Shown in pieces: positions 13,055-25,140 of a DNA stretch of 64,000 bases. The notes under the pieces were generated by a model. That model worked only from the letters and a program-made list of their open reading frames with translations, was not told where the DNA came from and did no database searches. A program made the translations under genes and the position numbers. Each line of letters opens with the position of its first letter. The stretch's first letter is position 1. Source of the stretch: Camelus ferus (Eukaryota); assembly GCF_009834535.1 (NCBI RefSeq), contig NC_045696.1, positions 31,250,001-31,314,000 of the forward strand, read 5' to 3'.

Positions 13055-13318
13055 TCTTTTATCTAAACATTGCATTCCTCAAGATAAAATAAGTGTGCTG
13101 TTACTCTCTACCTCCTAGAAATGCTGAACTCTTAAATTACATAGTTATGTAATTATTCTTTATTATTTTATTTATATTTTATTTTTAATTTGCTATAATT
13201 ATAATTGAGTAATAACTAAGATGCTTTTAACAGTATCTTAAACAAACAAACTATTCAATAAATATTATCTATTATTATGTTACTGAATCTAGACCTTACT
13301 CTCAAGTACCCTACCCAC

Positions 13319-13790
13319 TGACAAAGATTTTCTCTTTGGCCAAACTTGTGTTAGGCTCCTCTGAACCCTTTTCTCAAGTAGGCCTTGACAGTTGGTTTCT
13401 GTGTCTACCCTGGCCAAGACCACCTTTACCAAGAGTGTTGCTAAATCAGTACAGTGAGAATTCCCCCTACCTTGATACTTGATCACCCTCGATATCTGAT
13501 AAATTCTTCATCCGCACCCTTGATATCTCATCATCTTGGCCTACTTTCATCAAGAATCCTGCTAAGTTGGCTTAAAAGAATCCCCCCACTCTTGATGTCT
13601 CCTCTGAAGTAATTTTCCACCCACTGCCCCTCACTCTGCTTTTGGCTATAAATCTCTAGGTATCTTTACTGTATTCAGAGTTGACTCTCGGCTCTCTCCC
13701 CAATTAGAATAATCTTATTGAAATAATATGGAATAATGTCTTCCTTACTATTTTAACAAGTATCAGAATACTTTTTTTTCCCCCTTAGCA
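13319..13790 (+). mobile_element. ERV1-class solo LTR (MER31-like)
   Basis: TGACAAAGATT..GGCCAAACTT..AGGCTCCTCTGAACC start, internal repeated CAAGAATCCTGCTAAG / CCTTGATA units, CA end. Flanks CCAC/TCAC form a 4-bp TSD with one mismatch. Confidence 0.8.
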
Positions 13791-15644
13791 TCACTATTTT
13801 TTTCTCTCAATCCAATAATCCAATTCTCATTTAATTTAAGCTCCAGTCTATCTGCCTTCTTCTTTGATTCCCTATTTCCTGTTTTGTTAAAAGCATTTCC
13901 ACCTAGTCCTTTATTAGATCTAGGGGCTTCCTTCTCCATGTGATAAGAGTCAACCTTTGCATTTGTATGTGATAGACTGGATGCTTTGCCCAATGGTAGG
14001 ATGTTTTTTCTCCCACATTCATTTAAACTTTAACCCTACTAAAAATCTGACCCCACTAGCACCATGCTGTACATAAATAACTCAAACAGAATGTTTTGTC
14101 ACTGAAGTGAAGTCCTTCCTTTGTTTCTTTCCATGTTGGCTACATTTAACTGTTACTTCTCATCAACATGTCTCAAGATCTGCCATGAATTTCACCTATT
14201 CCAGTTTTTCAAATATATACTCAAGGCTTTTTAATTTTAAGAATATCTATAAGAGTAAAGGAAAATCATCAAAATTAAGCTTGTTGTATATTTAATTTTC
14301 AATTTTATCACTCCATAATGTACATATCATTGGCTCCCTAGATTTTTTAAAAATCAAAGGTGTAATTATAGCAAAATATAGATAGCCTATAGACATATTC
14401 CTACAATTAGAATCAAATTATAGGAGTGGAGCCAAGTTACAAAATTGCCTATTTTATGGCAATGACTTGGTTTCTTTATTTCTTGGTACATATTAGTATC
14501 TTTATCTTGGGTCTTTTTCATTCGTTAGACTGTATAATACTTCACAGTAAAACAGGATAATACGTAAGGTTTAAAATAATACCTTGGACATAAGGAAGAG
14601 AAAAATATACCAATTATTTGTAGCTCAAAGTTGTATTAGTAAATTCTGATACTAAATATATTGCATTCTTACAAAGAAAAATGTTACAAGGCTGTGAGAG
14701 ACTACTTTTCTCCATGGAGTGGTCTCTTTTGTCCTTTAAATAGTACTATAACTTATACAAGCATCATTTAGACCCCACCTTATAATCAGTGTATATTCAA
14801 TATAAACATTTGCTTTGTGGCATGTTGGGCCTTAGGGGAAGAAATAAAATGCTCTTATTTTTCAGTGTAGACAACCACATTCCAATTGAATGTTCTCACA
14901 TTTGTAGGCCATATTCATACCTTATAATTACTGAAGAGTAGTTTTGTGTATTTGATTTTTTTGTTGTTGTTTTTTTTTGGTAGAATTATTATAATAAAAC
15001 AAGAAAATAGCCTTTTATTGACCTTGTATTGAGTTATAATTTACATGCATTTGTGTATTGAATTGAGACTGCCTTAATTAACATGTTCCTTTGTATGGAG
15101 CAATTTCAAGATCCACAGGCAGCCACTTTTGTGTAACATTCAGTGGCATGGAAATTTATAGGACATGTTCCAAGGGTACATTCTGCTTTGTAATAATCAG
15201 TCATTCATCATAACCCAAGAATAGACTTTTTTTTTCCCCTCAGCAAAGTTTACCAGACATTGAATTTTAGAAATGAAATCAGATCATACCGCATCTCTGA
15301 GAAGACCAGAGTACTGTTTAGACAACAGGACCACAATTTCCAAGTCTCTCTGATAAACCATCATATTGTATTAATCAAATTAAAATATTGACTGTCTGAT
15401 TTATAATGTAGTGATTATAAATCTTTTCCATTCATGCTCTAACTGCTGAAAGAAAGCAAATAAAATAGCTACAAGTTGGAAGCTGCTTTACAGATAAGAA
15501 AAAACAATATTACCTTCTTTTTTTCCATCACTATCTCCCATTCAATGTCAGTTTGGAGACTGTTCTCTGTACTGCACACTTCCAAGGCAGAAGATGGATG
15601 AGAATCCAGGCATCATTCTGTAAAAAGAAGATAACTACATGTGG

Positions 15645-16068
15645 TGTCTTAGTTTCTGGGGCTCCCTTAATACAGTATCACAAACTAGGTGGCTTAGAAA
15701 ACAACAGACATTTATTTCTCACAGTTATGGAGGCTAGAAGAGTGAAACCAAGGCACTGGCACTGGTGGTTCCTTCTGAGGGCTGTGAGGGAAAATCTGAT
15801 GCATGTCTCTCTCCTAGCTTCTAGGCACCTCAGTCATTCCTTGTTTTGTAGATGGCAGTCTCCCTGTGTCTTTACATCATATTCCCCTTATGCATCTCTC
15901 TGTGTCTAAATTTACTCCTTTTATAAGGACATGGTCATATTTTCAGGGTCCACATTTATGAGCTCATTTTAGCTTGATTACCTCTATTTCTAAGTAAGGT
16001 CACATTAATTAGCTATTGGTAGTTAGGACTTCAACATCTTTTTGTGTGACACAATGCAAATCATAATA
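15645..16068 (-). mobile_element. MaLR solo LTR (MLT1C-like)
   Basis: CACAAACTAGGTGGCTTAGAAAACAACAGACATTTATTTCTCACAGTTATGGAGGCTAGAAG. Flanks TGTGG/GGTGG form a 5-bp TSD with one mismatch. Confidence 0.85.
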
Positions 16069-16349
16069 GGTGGTAAAAGAGCAAAGAGAAACCTTAGCAA
16101 TTCACTCTGTGATTGTAGTTTTTAACATCTTCTGGGAAAGAGCTACGACTTGATGAAATATATAGATTTACATGTGTTACATTACTAAGTAATGAAGAAT
16201 TTTGCTAGCATCTGTGAAAACTAACTTATCATTTGGCTTAAAATATTGAAAAAGTCAAATTTGCCCCCCGAAAAAAGATTATCACAATTCTTCACCTCTC
16301 ATCTGAAAGAAAATAAATACCCACCATCCACCCAAGAGTAATAAGTAGA

Positions 16350-16845
16350 TGATCACCAGAGGAAGAAAGAAACAAACGACCTACAAAACAGCTAGAAATC
16401 AATTAACAAAACAGCAATAGTAAACCCTTGCCTAGCAATAAATAAATGTAAATGAAATTAAATTTTCCAGCCAAAAGACAAAGAATGGCTGAATGAATAA
16501 AGAAATAAGACTGAGTGACATGCTGCCGACAAGAGACTTGCTTCCGGTTTGAAGACACACAGACTGAAAATAAAAGTAAGAAAAAAGAAGTCCCATGCAA
16601 ACAGAAACCAAAAGAGACAGGGGGTAGCTATTCTTATACCAAAGTAGACTTTAAGTCAAAAACTGTAAGAAGAAAGAAAGAAGGTCTTTGTAAAATGATA
16701 GAAGGGTCAATTAAGCAAGAGGATATAACCATTGCAAATATATGAGCACCAAAAATTAAGAGTGAAACTATAAAACTCCTAGAAGAAAACTGACACTGGT
16801 GTAACTTTGGATTTGACACCAAAAGCAAAGGCAACAAAAGTAAAG
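16350..16845 (+). mobile_element. L1 fragment: ORF2 endonuclease N-terminus joined to a short ORF2 C-terminal piece
   Basis: Peptides CCRQETCFR, KVDFKSKTVRRKKEG..MIEGSIKQEDITIANI, then a jump at ~16760 to VKL/KLLEEN-type sequence (AAAACTCCTAGAAGAAAAC). Confidence 0.8.
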
Positions 16846-16850
16846 AGCAC

Positions 16851-17265
16851 TAAGCATGAGGTAAGGCCTCATTGTGATTTTGATTTGTGTTTTCTTACTC
16901 ACTAGTGATGCTGAACACTTCTTCACGTATTTGTTGAACATTTGTATGTTTTCTTTGGAAGACTGTTTATTCAGATCCTTTGCCAATTTTGTAATTGAGC
17001 TTTCTTTTTCTTTGTGTGTTCTATTGAGCAGTTTGAGTTCCTTATCTAGTTTGTATATTAACTACTTCTAGGATATATGATTTACAAATATTTTCTTTCA
17101 TTCTGGAGGCTGCCTTCTCATTTTGCTATCTTCTTTACAGTGCAGAAGCTAATTTGGTGTAGTCCCACTTGCTGACTTTTGTGTTTGTTACTTTTGCTTT
17201 TGATGTTAAATCCAAAAGTTTTTGCCAAGGCCAACATCAAAATGCTGTTTCCCTATACTTTCTTT
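16851..17265 (-). mobile_element. Antisense L1 ORF2 C-terminal fragment
   Basis: ORF track 16768-16986(-): AKDLNKQSSKENIQMFNKYVKKCSASL...QIKITMR. Confidence 0.85.
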
Positions 17266-18214
17266 ATTTAAATAGATAGCCAGTTGTTGATTCTCAGACA
17301 TCCACAAACTATAAACAGGTGAGATGTTCACATCGACTATTTAAGAAAATAACCAAAATTATGCTTGTAATGATACATAATATAATATCAATGATATTGA
17401 TATTTAACAATATATTTAATATGGATACTATAGTCTATATTTGCATAGATAAAGAATATTCTAGGATATATATTAAAATTAAAATATATTAAAACCTAAT
17501 TATCTTGGTCATAGGGAAAACTCTCAGTTCTTCTTTGCCATATTGATATCAACCTATAAGAAAGATAAATGCCAACATAATTTGGTCGGTTTTAAGAAAC
17601 TTAGATGGTAGGATATTATTAATCAAATTATATACAGCATGTGTTGTAAAAAATTATCTTGTTCCTTCTCAGTACTGCAAGGACCCACTTTCTTGTCTTC
17701 TATGAAGAACTTCAACTGGTTTACAGAAATGGAGATGCAATGATTTAGTCTCCATCCTATGACAGCACCATTGTTTTTATCATGTGATTGATGAGTTACT
17801 CTGCAACTTCAGTACAAATCAAAATCATTCATATGTTTTTATTTATACTATGGTAAATTTTAGCATATAAAAGAAAAAATATATACTGGCCATGTTGAAA
17901 GTTGTATAAATGAGAATCTGTTATTCTATTCTCAAATATGTAACTGATTTTCTTAGCAAAAATTTGATGATTTAACTTTCTGCTAGATGGTATACCTCAA
18001 ATCAAATATTCTACATAAGAATCAATTTATATACCTATGTAATTATTTAAAAAAAAAATTCTAATGATCCACAACAGAAAAATTAAATCATTATGTATGA
18101 GGTTGGCCACTGATTCTGTATATTAAGTAAATTACCAAAGTAGTTTCAGACTTACAGGGCTGGAGAATAACTGAAATATTCCTTATTAAGACACTTTAAA
18201 TGACTATCCACTGA

Positions 18215-18383
18215 CCGCTGTTTAAATTCCTTCTTAAAATTGATCTAAGGAGCTAGATAAAAAGACAGATGCACAGGCCATATGCTCAGAGATTTGTATA
18301 GTAAATATGTAGTCTAACCAGCAGGGTGTATTTTGTAAAAAGTTCTATAATGACTCTTTCCTAGAAACCGAATTGAGAATATT
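18215..18383. mobile_element. MER5-like hAT-Charlie MITE remnant
   Basis: GGAGCT..TAAAAAGACAGATG..GGCC...CAGAGATT...TATTTTGTAAAAAGTTCT..TGACTCT...TTGAGAAT layout of MER5A/B. Confidence 0.5.
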
Positions 18384-18559
18384 TATTATTTTTTAATAAA
18401 AATGCTGGTGACTATATAAAATTGATGATTCCTCCATTATATAAAATTTAAAATAAAAATACATGTATTTATCAATTTGGTTGACTAGGACTATCTCTAT
18501 TTCAGAATCTGGAATAATTAAATGTATCCTAAATTACTTTAAATGTTATAATTGTTGAT

Positions 18560-19470
18560 TTTAAAATTATTCTTGGAAGAGTACACCAAACGGAACAATA
18601 TGAAAAGTTAAACTCGTCTTTCAAATCTCCACTTTTCAATTCTACCCATCAAAGGTGAGTTAACAATTTTCAAATATTTGTTCTCAATATTATATATAGT
18701 TATATACACATATGATAAATAAAGAACAGTAACAATGACAACAAAGACAAATGTATATATACATTAAAATAAATCTTTTTTCCTGATCAGATACTTGAAC
18801 ACCTCACCAGAAGCATTCAGACTATCAACACAGGTAATTTTTCTCTTTTCTTTCTCATAAAAAAATCACAATATCCCCAATGCTCTGTATTTCATTGAAC
18901 TTTCCACATACGTCGGCCATCTTCCCATATTAGAACTTATAGGTCTAATTGTTTTAATAGCAACTTATTAATACATTTTACCATTATAAAATACTGTATT
19001 TAACCATCTTTTCATTTATAAATATTTACATTTATAAATATTTACACTTTTGAACTTAACATTTTAAGAATGTAAAAATAAACATTTTTACTTCAGTTTC
19101 TACCACCCATAAAAACCAAAGGTTTTTGCATTTTAACTGTTGCAAGCTAGTGATAAATCACTCTTAAAAAATATTCCACAGATTTTAATCCCTTCCCAAT
19201 AAGGCATGAAAGTTCATTTACAATGCACTGATGATTATAAAAAGGATTTAATTTTTGGCATTCTAATCTGAAAGGTGTCTTGTTGTAGTGTCAATTTTCA
19301 TTGCTATAATTATAAGCAAAATTAAACCTTTCTGTCTGTTTATTGATGGTATGACATTTTTCTGCAAATTGCCTGTTTGTGTCATTTTGTGATGTATAAG
19401 TGCTCCTATTGTATGTGTATATATACATATAGTAGTTAAAACAAAACAAAACAAAACAAAACACCTGCTA
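18560..19470 (-). mobile_element. Very old L1ME-type remnant
   Basis: T-rich decayed antisense L1 3' text (TTTTCTGCAAATTGCCTGTTTGTGTCATTTTG). Confidence 0.4.
19013..19044. repeat. Perfect 16-bp tandem duplication CATTTATAAATATTTA x2
   Basis: Copies at 19013-19028 and 19029-19044. Confidence 0.85.
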
Positions 19471-20572
19471 GTCAGTGCTCTATTACCCATAATTACCCAT
19501 ACTTCTTAAAATTACATGCTTCCTATATTGGAAAAATAAGTATTAGGCAATTTTATTATTTTTTTGTCAAAATTCTTCCCCCCTCATATATGCCTACATA
19601 ACATTTCCACTTCCTGGAGCATGCCCTATTTTTAATAAAATCTAGACTTGGACATGTTTGACTTTGCTCTCGTAGCCATTTGTGCTGATTTAGTGAAGTG
19701 TATTCAATGTGCTTAGATAAAATGTTTTCTGACAGAAAAAATAATATTGTTCCCATCTAAAGTGCTTTGTCTCAAGGTAAAAATAGCCAATTTCAGTCTT
19801 TCTTTAGGAAAAAAAAAAACATACCATTTATATAATAGCAATGTGAGAGTTAGAGGGGTGGCTTACCAGGCTGTATTTCTGGGAGACTTCCCAAAGCCAG
19901 AGTTTCTAATCACATAGGGCCAGGTAAGCCCTTCATCTTCTGTCGGTAGATAAATTGAGTGCCATGCACTTTGCTGTGCAGGGAACTTTTGAATGAAACC
20001 TTTTAAAACAAAGGTTTTGTTTGCTGTGAGTGAAAATCAAATGAGAGTCTTGCAATTCTTATTAATAAAACAGGTTTACTGATGGTAGCTATCCTGTCCT
20101 AGAAACTGCTTTATATTATTGAATATTTAGGTAATTTTGTGATCTGATAAATATTTACAGAGAAACACCCAATCAATTGTCATCTGGATACAATGTAATT
20201 TTTTATCTGTATTTTATCCAAAGCATCTTTCTTATACTTATAGAAATGTAACTAAAAATGTTTTCCAGGTTAATTATTCTGGTGTGCTGATAAACAGTGA
20301 ATGAAAAATCATGTATACAGCGGTATCCACAATGGTAAAGTTATTTTTAGAAAAAACTAACATCATGATTATGAGGATACAGGGAAGTAAGAGTAAATAT
20401 AAAGAAGAAATAAAAACATGTGGAACATAACATGAATATTATGCATATGCATTTGTAAAAATGACTAATGTTAAAATAATAAATACCACTAAACTGTCCT
20501 TTTTATTGTAATTTCACTTGCCAGAAAGACAATTATGATTTTGGAATTTTTTCTCTAATGAAAAATAAGTAT

Positions 20573-23500
20573 AGGATATTACACTTGTTAATATATATGC
20601 ACCCAATATAGGAGAACCTAAGTACATAAAACAGTTACTAACAGATATAAAGGGGGATATTGATGGGAATACAATCATAGTTGGAGACTTTGACACTGCA
20701 TTAACATCACTAGACAGATCTTCCAGACAAAAAATAAATAAAGCAACAGAGAAATTAAATAATACAATAGAAAAATTAGATTTGGTGGGTATTTTCAGAG
20801 CATTACACCCCCCAAAAATAGGATATATATTCTTTTCAAGTGCACATGGAACATTTTCTAGGACTGATCATGGACTTGGGCACAAAAGAAACCTCAACAA
20901 TTTTAAGATAGAAATTATCTCAAGCATCTTTACTGACCACAATGCCATGAAACTAGAAATCAACAACACAGAAACAAAGGACAAAAAAAGGAAAGCATGG
21001 AGATTAAACAATATGCTATTAAAAAACCAATGGGTCAATGAGGAAATCAAAGCTGAAATTAAAAAATACCTAAGACAAATGAAAATGAAAGCACAACCTC
21101 ACAAAATTTATGGGACACAGCAAAGGCAGTGCTAAGAGGGAAGTTTATAGCGATACAGGCCTTCCTCAAAAAGGAACAATCTCAAATAAACAACTTAACC
21201 CACCAGCTGAATGAACTAGAAAAAAAAGAACAAAAAACCCCAAAAGGCAGCATAAGGAAGGAAATTATAAAGATTAGGGAGGAAATAAATAAAATACTGA
21301 TTAAAAAGACCATAGAAAAAAATCAATTAAACCAAAAGCTGGTTTTTTGTAAAAGTAAATAAAATCAACAAACCTCTGGCCAAACTCAAAAAGAAGAAAA
21401 AAGAGAGAGCAAAAATTAGCAAAATAAGAAAGGAAAATGGAGAAATTACAACAAATAGAAAGACAGAATATCATATGAGAATATTATGAAAAACTGTATG
21501 GAACCAAACTGGATAACCTAGAGGAGACAGACAAGTTTCTGGAAACATACTGTCCACCAAGACTGAATCAAGAAGAAACTGACCACTTGAATAAACCGAT
21601 CACTAGAAATGAAATAGAAATAGCAATTAAAAACCTCCCTACAAATAAAAGTCCAGGACTGGATGGCTTCACCGGGGAATTCTGCCAAACATATAGAGAA
21701 AAACTCATACCAGTCCTTCTCAAACTATTCCAGAAGATTGAAAAGGAGGGATTACTCCCAAACTCATTCTATGAAGCCACTATCACTCTGATACCAAAAC
21801 CAGGTAAAGACACTACAAAAAAAGAGAATTATAGGCCAATATCACTGATGAACATAGATGCCAAAATCCTCACCAAAATATTAGCAAACAGAATCCAACA
21901 ACACATAAAAAAGATTATATACATCATGACCAAGTGGGGTTCATCCCAGGGACATAAGGGTGGTTCAACATAAGCAAATCAATCAATGTAATACATCACA
22001 TCAACAAGAGAAAGGACAAAAACCACATGATCATCTCAACAGATGCAGAAAAAGCATTTGATAAAATTCAACACCCATTTATGATAAAAACTCTCATCAA
22101 AGTGGGTATAGAGGGAACATATCTCAACATAACGAAAGCTATATATGACAAACCTACAGCCAGCATAGTACTCAATGGTGAAAAACTCAAAAGCTTCCCA
22201 CTAAAATCTGGGATAAGACAAGGATGCCCACTATCACCATTCCTATTTAACATATTCTTGGAAGTCCTAGCCACAGCAATCAGATAAGAGAGAGAAATAA
22301 AAGGGATCCAAACTGGAAAAGAAGAGGTAAAAGTGTCACTATATGCTGACAACATGTTACTATATATAAAAACCCTAAAAGGTCCACAGAAAAACTACTA
22401 GAGCTGATTGAAGAATTCAGCAAGGTAGCAGGTTACAAGATTAACGTTCAAAAATTAGTTGCATTTCTTTACGCTAATGATGAATCAACAGAAAAAGAAA
22501 GTAAAGAAACAATCCCCTTTAAAATAGCACCCAGAGTAATAAAATACCTAGGAATAAATCTAACCAAGGAGGTGAAAGAATTATACACAGAAAACTATAA
22601 ACCACTTAAATTAAAGATGGAAATTAAAGAAGACTTTAAAAAATGGAAAGATATCCCATGCTCTTGGACTGGAAGACTCAATATTGTTAAAATGGTCACA
22701 CTGCCCAAGGCAATCTACAGGTTTAATGCAATCCCTATCAAATTACCCAGGACATATTTCACAGGACTAGAACAAATCATAATAAAATTTATATGGAACC
22801 ATCAAAGACCTAGAATTGCCAAAGCATTACTGAAGAGAAAGAAAGAGGCTGGAGGAATAACTCTCCCAGACTTCAGACAATACTATAGAGCTACAGTCAT
22901 CAAGACAGCATGGTATTGGTACAAAAACAGACATACAGACCAGTGGAACAGAATAGAGAGCCCAGAAATGAACCCACAAACTTTTGGTCAACTAATCTTC
23001 GACAAAGGAGGCAAGAATATACAATGGAATAAAGACAGTCTCTTTAGCAAATGGTGTTGGGAAAACTGGACAGCAGCAATGTAAAGCAGTGAAGCTAGAA
23101 CACTCCCTTACACCATAGACAAAAATAAACTCAAAATGGACCAAAGACTTAATTAAACATAAGACAAGATACAATAAACCTCCTAGAAGACAATATAGGC
23201 AAAACATTATCTGACATATATCTCAAAAATTTTCTCCTAGAAGAAATAAAAGCAAGAATAAACAAATGGGACCTAGTGAAACTTACAAGCTTCTGCACAG
23301 CAAAGGAAACCATAAGTAAAACAAAAAGACAACCTACGGAATGGGAAAAAAATTTTGCAAATGAAACCGACAAACGCTTGATCTCCAGAATATATAAGCA
23401 GCTCATACGACTCAATAAGAAACAACCAAACAACCCAATCCAAAAATGGGCAAAAGACCTAAACAAGCAATTCTCCAAAGAAGACATACAAACGATAAAT

Positions 23501-24055
23501 AGACACATGAAAAAATGCTCAATATCACTAATTAACAGAGAAGTGCAAAACAAAACAACAATGAGGTATCACATCACACCAGTCAGAATGGCCATCATTC
23601 AAAAATCCACAAATGACAAATGCTGGAGAGGCTGTGGAGAAAAGGGAACCCTCCTACACTGCTGGTGGGAATGCAGTTTGGTGCAGCCACTGTGGAAAAC
23701 AGTATGGAGATTCCTCAGAAGACTAGGAATAGACTTACCATATGACCCAGGAATCCCGCTCCTGGGCATATTTTCAGAAGGAACCCTACTTCAAAATGAC
23801 ATCTGCACCCCAATGTTCATAGCAGCACTATTTACAATAGCCAAGACATGGAAACAGCCTAAATGTCCATCAACAGATGACTGGATAAAGAAGAGGTGGT
23901 ATATTTATACAATGGAATACTACTCAGCCATAAAACCTGACAACGTAACACCATCTGCAGCAACATGGATGATCCTGGAGAATGTCATTCTAAGTGAAGT
24001 GAGTCAGAAAGAGAAAGAAAAATACCATATGAGATTGCTCATATGTGGAATCTAA
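20573..24055 (+). pseudogene. L1 ORF2 (endonuclease / reverse transcriptase / CCHC domain), disrupted
   Basis: Motifs [67 protein letters not shown]. Split into at least six ORF pieces by frameshifts and stops. Confidence 0.95.
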
Positions 24056-24375
24056 AAAACAAACAAACAAAATAAGCATAAATACAAAACAGAAATAGAG
24101 TCACAGACATAGTATACAAACTTGTGGTTGCCAAGGGGGCGGGGGGTGGGTAGGGATAGACTGGGATTTCAAAATTGTAGAATAGATAAACAAGATTATA
24201 CTGTATAGCACAGGGAAATATATACAAGATCATATGGTAGCTCACAGAGAAAAAAATGTGACAATGAATATATGTATGTTCATGTGTAACTGAAAAATTG
24301 TGCTCTACACTGGAATTTGACACAACATTGTAAAATGATTATAAATCAACAAAAAATGTTAAAAAAAAAAGAAAA
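20573..24375 (+). mobile_element. Young 5'-truncated LINE-1 (partial ORF2, 3'UTR, poly-A) with 13-bp TSD
   Basis: Starts within the endonuclease domain (DITLVNIYAPN) and ends in an A tail. GAAAAATAAGTAT is duplicated at 20560-20572 and 24376-24388. Confidence 0.97.
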
Positions 24376-24388
24376 GAAAAATAAGTAT

Positions 24389-24577
24389 CATGTAATATTC
24401 AAGCATCCTACTCTGGAATCACTAGAATTGGACTCTAATTACTACGCAAGTTATTTAAATGACAAAATTTCAACCTCACAAGGTTGTCATGAGAATTAAA
24501 CTAATTTGTGCATATAAGAGCATTTAGCAAACTGCTTGTCACATTATGAGATCAAGAAATGTTAGCCATTATTATCA
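24389..24577 (+). mobile_element. MIR SINE remnant
   Basis: ACTCTGGAATCA...ACCTCACAAGGTTGTCATGAGAATTAAA...AAATGTTAGCCATTATTAT. Confidence 0.75.
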
Positions 24578-24974
24578 ATGTGATGAACAGCTATCATTCT
24601 CTGTATGAGAAGTTTAAACTTCCTGTGACAGAAGAGGAAAGAGAATGTTGGTTGGTTTATTATACATTTATGGGATTATGTATGTGTATGTTCTGCTCCT
24701 TGAGGAAATAGAGGGAGATACCTAGAAGGAATGCGCCTGTTTAAGAAGAAAGATTTAAAAGATTACAAAGCAATGTGAAATAGAACAAAGAATAAAAGAA
24801 TGAGAATGTGAATTAAGACAAAGTTAACAAGAAGAAAAACTAAAAGGGAGACTCAATATCAATAAATAAATAAAAATGGTTTTAACTTTGAAATATGTAA
24901 TGTTGAAATGTTGCATTGAGAAAAAACAAAATATATAATGCTTCTAAAATTGTATATTATTTTATTATTTGTAA

Positions 24975-25140
24975 ATCATTTTCAACATCCTTTTCTAGGT
25001 TGATCTTGCAATAACTATATGAGTTTGTGAGATAGGTGTTACACTTTTTATTTAACAGGTGAGAGATTAAGACTAGAAATTTTAAGTGACATGACCAAAG
25101 TTACATCACAATCAGCAGAGCCTGCAATTAAATGTGATTT
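24975..25140 (-). mobile_element. MIR SINE remnant
   Basis: TTTAACAGGTGAGAGATTAAGACT...TTAAGTGACATGACCAAAGTTACA core. Confidence 0.7.
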
